64,000 nt of DNA from Octopus vulgaris (taxonomy: Eukaryota): assembly GCA_951406725.2 (NCBI GenBank), contig OX597833.1, positions 52,452,001 to 52,516,000 of the forward strand, given 5' to 3'. Made by a program: the position numbers and the translations under genes. Of this stretch, positions 26,842 through 40,209 are shown in pieces (positions within the stretch are counted from its first letter, which is position 1; each line of letters begins with the position of its first letter). A model generated the notes under the pieces. The model was not told the DNA's origin and made no database searches. It saw only the letters and a list, made by a program, of their open reading frames with translations.

Positions 26842-26869
26842 CTGTGTCTGTGTGTGTCTGTGTGTGTCT

Positions 26870-26914
<45 letters not shown>

Positions 26915-26944
26915 GTGTGTGTGTGCGTGTGTGTGTTAACACCT

Positions 26945-27257
26945 ATAAGGAGGTGCTTTATTCATTGACCAAAGTGAATGGAGCCTTGACCAGGAGGAAC
27001 TGATATCGTCAGACGGTATCCAAGGTTCATCGGGTGTTTTGACCCTGAACCGTAACACCATCCGATCGGTGTGTCAGCAGAGGTGGCCAAGTCACTGCTC
27101 CTCATCTTCTCCTCATCTTCTCCTCACTTCCACTTCTTTCTTACTCCAAAACCAACAAGAAGTTCTTTCAGCTGCTTCTCCCATCCGCAGCACGGCCACC
27201 CTTCGCTCTTTAACTCGCATCCCAATTGCAGTAAGCGCGTCCTCCATGCCGGCCGAT
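26945..27257 (-). mobile_element. HERO-like non-LTR retrotransposon 3' end (ORF end + 3' UTR)
   Basis: Minus strand LTAIGMRVKERRVAVLRMGEAAERTSCWFWSKKE..stop, then structured UTR and AATAAA. Confidence 0.6.
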
Positions 27258-28459
27258 ACACACACACACACACGCAGATATATATATATATTTATCGTGA
27301 AAGTCCTGGTTGGAGGCCCAACCCTCCGAGTTCTTTTACAGGGTTTAGAAAAACTGAAGGACTGTTACAATAAGTGTGTGAATCTGAATGTGCTTAATAA
27401 AACCATAATTAGCTGATCCTCCTGTGTCTCCTTTTACCCCAAAACAAGAATTTATCTGCATCCCATCGTGTAAATATATATATATATATATATATTTAAA
27501 TATAGACGTACATATAAAGAGTTAAGAGAAGGAGAGAGAAAGCGAGAGAGAGAGAGAGAGAGCTGTAAAGTTACATAAGTGATTCAAGTTTTGAGAGTTT
27601 CGTTCCTTACAATTATCAAAATTTTGGTAAGTTTGATAAGTGCATTGCAGAAACCTCTTGGCAACTGAATTACTTAATTAGATTTAGAGCTAAATATAAA
27701 GACATTTATAACCGAATATTGAGTTATACCTCCTGTTCGTAAACATACATATGAACACTACGAAGAGTGTGATTGTTTAGTCTTTAATGTATGGTGCATT
27801 CATATCACACATACTCACTTAGTAATAACGAACTCCAGTTTTGGCATAACGTCAGCAAGTTCAGAGAAGTGGAGTAACTCGATTACATCGACCCCAGTTC
27901 CGAACTGGTACTTATAGCATCAAACCCCGTAAAGGTAAAAAAGTGAAGTCGATCACGGCGGAATTTGAACTCAGATTGTAAATGCGCACGAAGCATTTTG
28001 CCCGGCGTGCGGACGATTCAACCAATTCACCGCCTTAGGCACACTGTAATAATATAATGGTCCTGTTTTTATGCATTTATGTGTGGTGGACTATAGATAT
28101 GACGAAATTATGCCAGTAATGTCGCTCTTTAAACTTTAATGGCTTTATATTTAAATATATTCATGCATTTATATATCATATAAATATCACATAATTCAAA
28201 GAAAGATCATAAGAGTGGTTGGCAGGGTCCATGATGTCTCTCTTGTCAGCACACCCTTTTTGTATTCCCAGTATGATGGATAAATGTTTCTTTCCTTTCC
28301 TGAGAGTGTAGATATTTACGTGTAGCAAATTATACGAAGTTACGGATCGACCGTAGGCTGTACATAAAGATACTCGCCCACAAGAAATGTTGTTGCAAAG
28401 CCAACTTTTTAGCCTTACAGATGCGCCTACACCTGTTTCATATATATATATGTATTTAA

Positions 28460-29160
28460 ATTGGCTCATCCTATAAATAATGCTGTTTTATTTTACTTCT
28501 TTTATTTTTCACAATTAAGATAAACAAAGTTCTTTCTTAATGTAAAATATACTCTCCTTCATTTTCTACAATGCTCTTTCATCTATCTGGTAGACTTGAA
28601 AGGTCCATCTTCCGAAATTCGCTTGTCCGTGACGAAAAATCCTCCTCCGGTACTGTTCTAACCTCGTGAAAAAGAATTCATATTTTTTCCATCCAAATGA
28701 TTTTGAAGACTGCGGAATAAATGATGATCAGATGGGGCAATGTCCGGCAAATATGGTCCGTGAGGTATCGTTTCCGATTCAAACTCCTCCACCCTTTTGA
28801 ATGTCATCTTCGATGTATGCGACCGAGCATTATCCTGATGGAATGACACCTTTCGTCTTGAAACCAAAGATGGTCTTTCTCTAATGGCACGCAGGTGTCG
28901 ATGAATAGTTGAATGACCAAATCCGAACTTCTCTGCTAGATACTCAACAGTTACGATGGGATTTTGCAAGACATCCTCGTCGAACTCTATAAATCTTCAG
29001 TACGTGGCTCGTCTTCTAGGCTTTAGTTTCCGGCTTAGGATTTCTGGAACCAAAGTTGACCCTGGTTTACGCATATTGTACGATCCCTATATACTCCAAT
29101 AATATTCCTCGTACTTTCCGTTAACTTGTTGCCTTTATTGAGCTCATAAACCAAAACGTA
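28460..29160 (-). mobile_element. Decayed mariner transposase
   Basis: ORF 28658-28969: FHQDNARSHT...PYLPDIAPSDHHLFRSLQNHLDGK, corresponding to the DD34D motifs HDNA and YSPDLAPSD. Confidence 0.85.
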
Positions 29161-29996
29161 ATGGACAAGCCTCTTCCCTCAAAATGTCTGACACTGTGCC
29201 TATAATAGAAAGGATTTAATACCCTAAAGATCATTAACATTCAACTAGGGCTTGTAATTTCTTCCGGAAGGAAGTGCAGATCATTATCTGCAGATGATTA
29301 GGATGATGAGGATGAGGATAATAATGACCATAATCATGATCGTCATAACGATGAAGAATTAAACGATGGTTTCTCAACCATCTTTTACCTTTTGACCCCT
29401 TAGATTAGTTATTTATTCTGGTGGAGCTCCATAACCATTCGATATTTAAAAACTAGCTTTATAGATGATGCTTTCAAAATTCCTATTTTATTTTTCACAC
29501 ATTGAATTTTGAAGGTTGAACTAAGTAAAATATTAGAGAAACAAATCTAGCTGTTTCATGCAATACATGTCAATACATGTACCTAAAGAAAATGATTTTT
29601 CAGGGACCCTTGAAATATTAATGTGGATCCCCAATTGGTTATTTTCTTGCGCAGAGATCTGATGTGTTCCCTTAGAGGATATATGCACACTGGTTGAAAA
29701 CCACAGGATTAAATCATGAAAATTATGAAATTTTTGTTTGAAACAAGGCGCAGGAGTGGCTGTGTGGTAAGTAGCTTGCTAACCAACCACATGGTTCCGG
29801 GTTCAGTCCCACTGCGTGGCACCTTGTGCAGATGTCTTCTACTATAGCCTCGGGCCGACCAATGAAAGAAGCCCGTCGTATATATACTCTTTAAACGGCG
29901 GTGCATCTGCATGGCCACAGCTCTGAGCTGAAACTAGAAAAAAATATATATATATAATTTATAAAATATTGAGGGTTATGCTTCAATATTTAGATA

Positions 29997-30049
<53 letters not shown>

Positions 30050-30456
30050 CGTACATGTCTCAAAAGATACTTTCAATCAAATCGAAACGACTGCCTGAAT
30101 TTATGATTCCATGACGTTTCAACTGGCGAATTGTCAAGCAAGCCCACGTTAAATCGTTATCTGGTACTGTTACTTGGACTAGATTTTAATTACATTTTTA
30201 CTTGGCTCTGCAGCCAGCACTGAGTTCTTTCTAAGTATAAGTGTATCCACGCGGCAATAGATTACATGTACATATAACACATACGTTCGTGTATATACAC
30301 ACACATATATATATGTGTGTGTGTGTGTGTGTATGTATGTGTATATATATGTATATATACATATGTATTTATATATATACATATATATGTATATATATAT
30401 ATATATTATATATGTATATATTATATATATATATATATATGAACAAATTTACAAGC

Positions 30457-30529
30457 GGCCGCGTGGCCTAATGGATAAGGCGCCTGACTTCGAATCAGAA
30501 GATTGCGAGTTCGAATCTCGTCGTGGTCG
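30457..30529 (+). tRNA. trnR-TCG: tRNA-Arg (anticodon TCG)
   Basis: 73-nt cloverleaf: acceptor GGCCGCG/CGTGGTC, D arm TGGCCTAATGGATAAGGC, anticodon loop CTTCGAA, T arm GCGAG-TTCGAAT-CTCGT; one C:A mismatch at 27:43. Confidence 0.9.
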
Positions 30530-30536
30530 AATATTC

Positions 30537-30548
30537 TTTTAACTTTTT
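30537..30548 (+). terminator. Pol III oligo-T terminator
   Basis: T-tracts starting 8 nt after the tRNA 3' end. Confidence 0.65.
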
Positions 30549-30628
30549 AATGGCGGTGCCCCAGCATGGCCTCAGCTCGCGAGCTGAAACTAGATGAAAC
30601 AAAAAATCTGTATGTGTATATATATATG

Positions 30629-30659
<31 letters not shown>

Positions 30660-30661
30660 GC

Positions 30662-30704
<43 letters not shown>

Positions 30705-30719
30705 ATAGAATTATGTATT

Positions 30720-31088
30720 ATTGTGGTAAGTAGCTTGCTTACCAACCACATGATTACGGGTTCAGTCCCACTCGCTTGGGCAGGTGTGTTCTACTATAGC
30801 CTCGGCCCGACTAAAGCTTTGTGAGTGGATTTGGTTGACGGAAGTCCGTCATATACATACGTATGTATTTGTGTTTGTGTGTCTCTGTGTTTGTCTCCCC
30901 CCCCATCATCACATGACAACCGATTTTGGTGTGTTTACGTCCCCGTAATCTAGTGGAACGGCAAAAATAACCGATAGAATAAGTACTAGGCTTACAAAGA
31001 ATAAGTCCTGAGGTCGATTTGTTCGGCTAAATGCTGTGCTCCAGCTTATTCGCAGTCAAATGACTGAAACAAGTAAAAGAATAAAAGA
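30720..31088 (+). mobile_element. Family B SINE, decayed
   Basis: Homology to the family B consensus across head, body and tail. Confidence 0.8.
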
Positions 31089-31203
31089 ATTTATATATAC
31101 ATTATACAGACCCTTGTACATATATACAACATACACACACGTATGATATATATTATACATATAAATATCATACACATAATGTATGTATATGCATATGTAT
31201 ATA

Positions 31204-31496
31204 TCTTTATATATAAAAGAGAGGTTGTGTGTCTGTCTCCTACGATTTAGATTCCTAACTACTCCCACATGTTGCGGTGCAGTTTAACCAGAACCGGGTA
31301 TCTTATAGTCGTGATTCATATTAAGCCCTTCTGGGTATTAGCGCACGTCTACGATGAGTCTACGATTAAAAAAAAATTACCATCATTTTTTTCCATTTTT
31401 AATGCATTTTTTGGCTATTTTTTGGCTATAACTCTCTAAAAATGCTTATATAGTTATTTCCCTTACAAACCCGAGCAACGCCGGGCGATACTGCTA

Positions 31497-31497
<1 letters not shown>
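31204..31497 (+). mobile_element. Non-autonomous Helitron
   Basis: 5' TCTTTATATATAAAA; subterminal hairpin cccg-agcaacgc-cggg; 3' CTAG; A|T target. Confidence 0.8.
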
Positions 31498-31546
<49 letters not shown>

Positions 31547-31658
31547 GAAATATGTTACAAAATGAAAATATAAAATACACGTGGACACACATTTATATAT
31601 ATATATATGTATATATACATATATATACTCACACACACATTCATATATACACATAAGC

Positions 31659-31695
<37 letters not shown>

Positions 31696-32539
31696 CATAC
31701 ATACATACATACATACATACATACATACATACGTACATACATGTGTATATGGGTGTTCACAAGCACACACATGCTCATACGCACGCAGATACACTCCGTA
31801 TCTTCGTAGGGCGCAGGTTACGCTCGTTATCACAGACAATGTTTTTCAAATTTATTTTCCACCATATTGTTTACTTAACAATAATAATTAATCCCTCATA
31901 TTAAATCATATTCTCGATATTACTGCTGTTTATATGATATTTACTGCTTAATTGTTTATCTGATAGTTGTATATTTAATTTGTTGGTTTACTATTTCCTT
32001 GTTGCTTTAGTATTTATTATATAAACAGTTCGGTTTTCATGAACTTCACTAAAACTGCATCTATATACTGGCTCACTTCTCTCCTATTTTACACGTGACT
32101 GACTTCAAAATACATGTGAAACTACATATGGCGTCTATCACACATATACATACACACGTACACACACACACACACACGCACACACACACACACACATATA
32201 AGATATATAGACAGTCTCTCTTCTATCCTTCTTGGTCTTCTTCTTCTCTCTCTCCCTCCCTTTCTCTCTCTTTCACTGTCTCTCTCTCTCTCTTTCTCTC
32301 TCGCCCTTTCTTCGTACCCTGTTACGCTTTCTTAAGTAACCCCTCTTATTCTTTGTTCCCAATTTAATCCATCATTCGTGCACTCCCTGTTTCTGCGGTG
32401 TTCAGATACTTCTCACATACTCTCTCTCCCTCTCTGTCTTTCTCTCTTTCCCTCTATCTAACTATCTCGCTCATTCCCTCTCACTCCTTCTCTGTCTCTC
32501 TCTTGTGTCTCTGCAGTATCCTTCATTGATATTGTTGAT

Positions 32540-32608
32540 GTTCTTCGCCATCTTCTTCTTCTTCTTCTTCTTCTTCTTTTTTCTTCTTCTTCTTCTTCTT
32601 CTTCTTCT

Positions 32609-32643
<35 letters not shown>

Positions 32644-32672
32644 TTCATCTTCATCTTCATTTTCTTCTTCCA

Positions 32673-32726
<54 letters not shown>

Positions 32727-32796
32727 AATATTATTATTATTATCATCATCATCATCATCATCATCATTATCCTCATCATCATCATCATCATCATCA

Positions 32797-32858
<62 letters not shown>
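32540..32858. repeat. Compound trinucleotide microsatellite (CTT)n/(ATT)n/(CAT)n
   Basis: Direct reading; a similar (ATT/CAT)n block lies at 33361-33594. Confidence 0.95.
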
Positions 32859-32859
<1 letters not shown>

Positions 32860-32999
32860 TCTCCCGCTCCCTGCATTCACTTTTAACCGACCCGATGTGT
32901 TTGTCGCAGTCTCAAGAAAACGTGTTGATCTGCACTACGTCATATCTTGACAATAACACAGGCATACACAGAGACAAAGACACAACGAGATATATACAT

Positions 33000-33074
<75 letters not shown>

Positions 33075-33357
33075 TGCACTCAGACACATACACAAACATA
33101 CAGAGAGAGGGAACGTGGGAGATCCCATCCTTCTGATGTTGGCGCAGGCATGGGTGTGTGGTTAAGAAACTTGCTTCATAACAGTGAGATTTTCAGTTCA
33201 GTCCCACAGCGCGTTACCTTAGGCATTGTCCTCTACTCTAGCCACGGATAAACCAAAATACTCTTCGTGTATCTGGTTGTAAGAAACAGATTGAAACCTG
33301 AAGTCCGTTGTATACACATAATATAGACACAATGACTACAAGATGTACAATTTAGTT

Positions 33358-33482
<125 letters not shown>

Positions 33483-33559
33483 TATTATTATTATTATTAT
33501 TATCATTATTATTATCATCATCATTATCATCTTTATCATCATCATCATCATCATCATCA

Positions 33560-33597
<38 letters not shown>

Positions 33598-33816
33598 CCA
33601 TTACCCAACAATTATTTTGAAAATAAATGTATTTTTGCAGAAATATTTTTGAATTGTTTTATTTTACTATGTTTTGAATGGTGATTTCGAGGTATATTTC
33701 AAACTTTATTTATTATGAATTTTAATCTTTTAAAATCTTTTGACGAGTTAACTTGCCAGAGATAGAAAAAAACGACTGCGGTCAAAACGCATATATTCGT
33801 TTCTGCCGAGTAAGGG

Positions 33817-34506
<690 letters not shown>

Positions 34507-34511
34507 ATTTA

Positions 34512-34583
<72 letters not shown>

Positions 34584-34680
34584 GTTTTTTTCCTTCTTTC
34601 TTCGAATTTTCTTCCGTTTCTCGCCGAGTGTTTTCCATACACGAGAAACGGAAGAAAATTTGAAGAAAAAAGAAAAGAAC

Positions 34681-34713
<33 letters not shown>

Positions 34714-34714
<1 letters not shown>

Positions 34715-34886
34715 CCCTTATGCAGTACCAGGCAGTGGCTCTCATGGTTTCTGATCTTAACTGATTGGAAGTGTTATCACGTACATTGTTTTGTCTTGGT
34801 ATAAAAGATGGGCTACAGCAAATATTCTGCTCAATACCACAGATTTGCTTGTCAGTTGTTTGACCTTAACCACTTGAGTATGTCCC

Positions 34887-34889
<3 letters not shown>
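34714..34889 (+). mobile_element. 5' part of the same (TAA)n-flanked element
   Basis: tgcagtaccaggcagtggctctcatgg... matches 39590-39757. Confidence 0.85.
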
Positions 34890-34940
<51 letters not shown>

Positions 34941-35055
34941 AAGCAACCTTAGGTTATTCATAATAATTCATTCCGTGATCCCGGCTTCCCGCCCTTGTTT
35001 AACTACATATGGTAGACAAAAAAAAACGAGTTCTTTACACAAACACAAATACACG

Positions 35056-35118
<63 letters not shown>

Positions 35119-35714
35119 CATAACCAAAGACTGTGACTACGAAACGAGTAATAGTAAGCACGATAAGATTATTGCTTTATGTAATGAGTGCATATATTTC
35201 CCAGATTGTAAATCCAAACACTTGCACGTGCACTCACATAGACAGACAGACAGACAGACAGATAGATAGATAGAGAGATAGAGAGATAGAGAGAGAGATA
35301 ACGTGTGTGGTACGCGTTTGTGTGAGAAGCAGAGGAATGGATATAGATGAACAAGATCCTTCAAAGTTCGAATTGTTATTAGTCAACTATGTGTGACCTG
35401 AACATTTTCCCTGCTATGAATAGTTTGATAAAAATCGTGTGTGCATGTGTGTGTTTCTGTGAAAAAGAGAGAGAGAGAGTGTGTGTGTGTGAATGTATGT
35501 GTGCAAACAATTATGTTTGTATGTGTACGTGTGGGTTCGCATATTCCTATGTATATGTGTGCATAGATTTGAGTATATATGTATGTGTGTATATATAGTT
35601 ATATATATATATATACATTTAATATGTATGTATGTGTCTATGTATGCATGTAAATTTATAGATATATATACTTCCATACATATATATATATGTGTGTGTG
35701 TATCTATCTATTTA

Positions 35715-35788
<74 letters not shown>

Positions 35789-35789
35789 T

Positions 35790-35915
<126 letters not shown>

Positions 35916-36262
35916 ATAATTTTGTATATGCGTGTATGTATTTGTGCTGTTTGCGATAAGAATGGATGGAAGTAAGGAAGGAAGCGAAAAGTGAAACTGA
36001 AAACAGAAACACGAAAAATTTTAACAAAATTCAAAAAAAAAAAAAAAAATTAGGAAACGAAGGAAATGGAAGGACGAGAGAAAGGACAGAAAGAAAGGGT
36101 TATATGGAGACTCGTGAGTGTGTCCGTCTGGAGAAACGATACGTTTCTAGAGACGTATACAATACAAGTCTGATGTATTCTAATATGAATATCAGTGGGT
36201 GGTAATGAGAGAGAGAGAGAGAGAAACAGAGTTAGTTTGGAAGAATAGATAGATGTAATGAT

Positions 36263-36305
<43 letters not shown>

Positions 36306-36674
36306 GGTAGGAAGAGAATGAAGTGAACTCATGGAGAGAGAATCTCGTAGCGAACACAGCATATAGTCTTGATGTTAGAGATAATGAATCTCAGAGATAA
36401 GGCGCCTGTGTCCCCACCCGTTCGTTGAATGTCGATAGATACATATAAATATGCCTAAATACGCACGTACATGCATACATATATAAAGCACGTCTACATA
36501 ACGACAATCATGTATGTATATATATATATATGCATATTCATAAATACTTATAAAATGTGTGTGTATGTGTGTGTGTGAAAATATATCTGTCTATCTGTAT
36601 CGCTCTTTATCTGCTCATCTCTCGAATTGCCTATCCATCTACCCATATATTCCATTTCAAATTGTATACGGGCA

Positions 36675-36713
<39 letters not shown>

Positions 36714-36786
36714 CAGACAGACAAACAGATAGATACATACATACATACATACATACATGCATGCATACATAGAAACATATACATGG

Positions 36787-36822
<36 letters not shown>

Positions 36823-36842
36823 GTATATATATATATTCAAAA

Positions 36843-37045
36843 TGTGACCGCGTGTGTACCGTTGGCGATTTTTTTCCTCTGTCTTCCCTTCTCTGGATCT
36901 TTCCTTCTATGTTTCCGACGAAGAGCTCTCCTCGAAACGTTAAACCCTCCTTCTTTCCTTATTTCCTGAGCGTCCAATAATACAATATTTGTTCCACGTC
37001 CTCGCGTTGTTGTGTTTTTTTGCGCTTTCTTGTTTGGATTAAATT
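36843..37045 (+). mobile_element. Penelope-like terminal fragment with HHR motif 36911-36945
   Basis: gttt CCGACGA a gag-ctctc-ctc GAA ACGT T aaac; second copy at 37980-38193. Confidence 0.7.
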
Positions 37046-37949
37046 TATATATATATATAAAGCACATATCATACACTCACACACACACACACACACACAC
37101 ACATACAAATGAACACACAAAAACACATAAAGATTTAATCCCAAATATTTTAGCCGAGAAAATATATTTTGACGGACAATTGTGGATTGAATAATTATTC
37201 ACTCTCAGGCATGTCTTTGAGATCTTTACTCTAAGTGACCAAATAAGGATCCCTTGAACCTATTATCCCTTGAAATAATGCAAAATAATACACCTACTTG
37301 TCATTCCTTTATCTGTCTTCATTTTTTCCGTAAATTTGAACTATACATATATATATTACATACATATAAGTGGGATGGCCACTAAGTGGACATCCATTAT
37401 GCCAGAAATAGGCTCCATATGGTCTGACTACCAAGAAAAGATTGTTCTCAAGTAAATTCAGCAAACGCCAGAACGTAAGCGAGCAAGACAAATGAAAAGA
37501 TACAAAATATAAAGATTAATCACAAACTTTATTTCATTGTTACCACATACGTAATACTTACGTAAATATCCGCAATCCATCAGTGTGATCGTCATAGCAA
37601 AATATAATATGCAGAACTATACTCGAGACGTCCGCATGTGATTGAAAATGCATATAGTTCTACCAATTACATTTGGGGTTATATTTCAAAAGTCTTCGTT
37701 TTGGCGTGCCTAAATATGTGTAAGAACTATACACGTATTGTACCTGTATTTCAATGGGCCGGCCTTGTCACACTCTGTGTCACGATGAATCTCCCTGAGA
37801 ACTACGTTGGTGGGGGGTACGCGTGTCTGTGGTATGCTCAGCCACTTGCACGTTAATTTCACGAGCAAGCTGTTCCGTTGATCGTATCAGCTGAGACCCT
37901 CGTCGTCGTAACTGACGGAGTGCTCCTACTATATATATATATATATGTA

Positions 37950-37979
<30 letters not shown>

Positions 37980-37984
<5 letters not shown>

Positions 37985-38188
37985 CCGCGTGTGTGACCGC
38001 GTGTGTACCGTTGGCGATTTTTTTCCTCTGTCTTCCCTTCTCTGGATCTTTCCTTTTCCTATGTTTCCGACGAAGAGCTCCGCTCGAAACGTTAAACCCT
38101 CCTTCTTTCCTGAGCGTCCAATAATACTATATTTGTTCCACGTCCTCGCGTTGTTGTGTTTTTTTTTTTAGTGCTCTCATGTTTGGAT

Positions 38189-38193
<5 letters not shown>
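37980..38193 (+). mobile_element. Penelope-like terminal fragment with HHR motif 38063-38097
   Basis: gttt CCGACGA a gagc-tcc-gctc GAA ACGT T aaac. Confidence 0.72.
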
Positions 38194-38235
<42 letters not shown>

Positions 38236-38602
38236 TTTGTTTACGCATGGAGAGCTTAATAATGTCAGAACCCCGATGTACACATGTTCCATATAAAGCG
38301 TTAGCCGAGTACAAAGCATAATTTGACATTAAATAAATGACTCAGGAAGAAGAAATTATGTTCAATAGGTTACGGCTGTTTCGGCTATATACCATTTCCT
38401 AGAAATTTTTATGTTTTCGACAGTGATCGTGTCCATGTATGTATAAGCTTTCCCAGACAAAACTTGCACTTCATTTTAGAAGCGCCAAGGAAACTATAAG
38501 TTGACGGACAACCACTGAAATTAAGCGTGTTGCATCATATAACAAACACAGCTGTGTGGTAATGAATTTCATTACATAATTCTTTCTTCGTCCATTTAAT
38601 TT

Positions 38603-38648
<46 letters not shown>

Positions 38649-38872
38649 CACACACACTCACACACATACTCACATATGCTTTCGTCCAACCAAATCCACT
38701 CACAAGGTTTTAGTCAGCCGAAGTTATAGTTGAGGACGCTTACTCAAGGTGCCACGCAGTGGCAATGAATCCGGAACCATGTGGTTGGGAAACAAAGTTC
38801 TTACCACTCTGCTACGCCGGAGACTACATATATGTATGTGTGTGTATATATATATGAGTGTGTGTGTGTATT

Positions 38873-38903
<31 letters not shown>

Positions 38904-39409
38904 ATGCATGCATGTGTACATGTGTGTATGTGTGTAGCTTTGCCAGTATTTCTCTGAACGGCTAACAGGCGTTCATCTCGAGTTGAAGCGAAGCGTAACT
39001 AACTGAAATTTCTCATCGAATATAACAAAGGAATCTCACCTTTTCGTCGCCATTAATCTATGAATTTTGCGTATTTTTCTTTTAAATTTTTAGTTATGCT
39101 TCCAAAACGAGCGCTATTCTTCCGTTAAAATACATTTGAATTGTTTTACAAGACGTGTGTATTTCTACTGACTACATTTACATTAAAATACGAGTTAAAT
39201 TAATTTATATATACGATCAGAAAAATCCGTCGGCGAATAAATCCAGGAAACTGTTATAAATATATTATAAATTACTCGTAGTCTAGAAGGAAAAACTGGA
39301 AAGGAAAAAAATTGTAAAAAAAAGAATCAGCTCTGATACACCAAACGAAAAATTTTTGGTATACGACTACTGCTACTGCTACGGCTACTGAGTTATTGCT
39401 GCTGCTGAG

Positions 39410-39514
<105 letters not shown>

Positions 39515-40137
39515 CTGATGCAGTACCAGGTAATTGCCCTGATGCAGTACCAGGTAATTGCCCTGATGCAGTACCAGGTAATTGCCCTGATGCAGTACCA
39601 GGCAGTGGCTCTCATGGCTTCTGATCTTAACTGATTGGAAGTGTTATCATGTACATTGTTTTGTCTTGGTATAAAAGATGGGCTACAGCAAATATTCTGC
39701 TCAATACCACAGATTTACTTGTCAGTTGTTTGACCTTAACCAGTTGAGCATGTCCCTTAGTGGCTGACGATATGTGCATCTCTGATCACGAGCAGAAGTA
39801 GTGGGGGAGCATCATAGCCATGTGTTGAGAAGGATTCTTTGGGGTTTGAATAGTTCACCTCTGGAAACATGGGTGTTTCGTTCAACGTCCTTAAACAACC
39901 CTTATTCAGGGACCTTTTGAGCGGGATGGGTTACTCGATCTGAAAAAAATTCTAACTGGGCCCCACCTGCAAGGTCATGTGCTGTTTATCTTGATATGAG
40001 ATCACCATGTCGCGCACATATGGTTGTGATGCATGTACCTGGTGTACCCTTATCAGACGGGTAGTCATGATGGGTATACTGGGCTTCGTATATTTTACCC
40101 CAGTGTCACTTTGATGGCATGCTCTGCTCGCTCACTC
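39515..40137 (+). mobile_element. Non-coding (TAA)n-flanked element with 24-bp 5' tandem repeats
   Basis: (ctgatgcagtaccaggtaattgcc) x~3.6 at 39515-39601, then ~550-bp body; (AAT)n flanks. Confidence 0.85.

Positions 40138-40208
<71 letters not shown>

Positions 40209-40209
<1 letters not shown>

Noticed and set aside
38365-38460. Minus-strand HHR-like remnant (CTGGGAA...GAAACAGCCGTA)
   Set aside because: Core and stems too degraded to call separately; counted only as a broken copy.
39515-39601. Short regular repeats (also 2566-2628) as a CRISPR-like array
   Set aside because: No unique spacers; simple tandem repeats in eukaryotic DNA.
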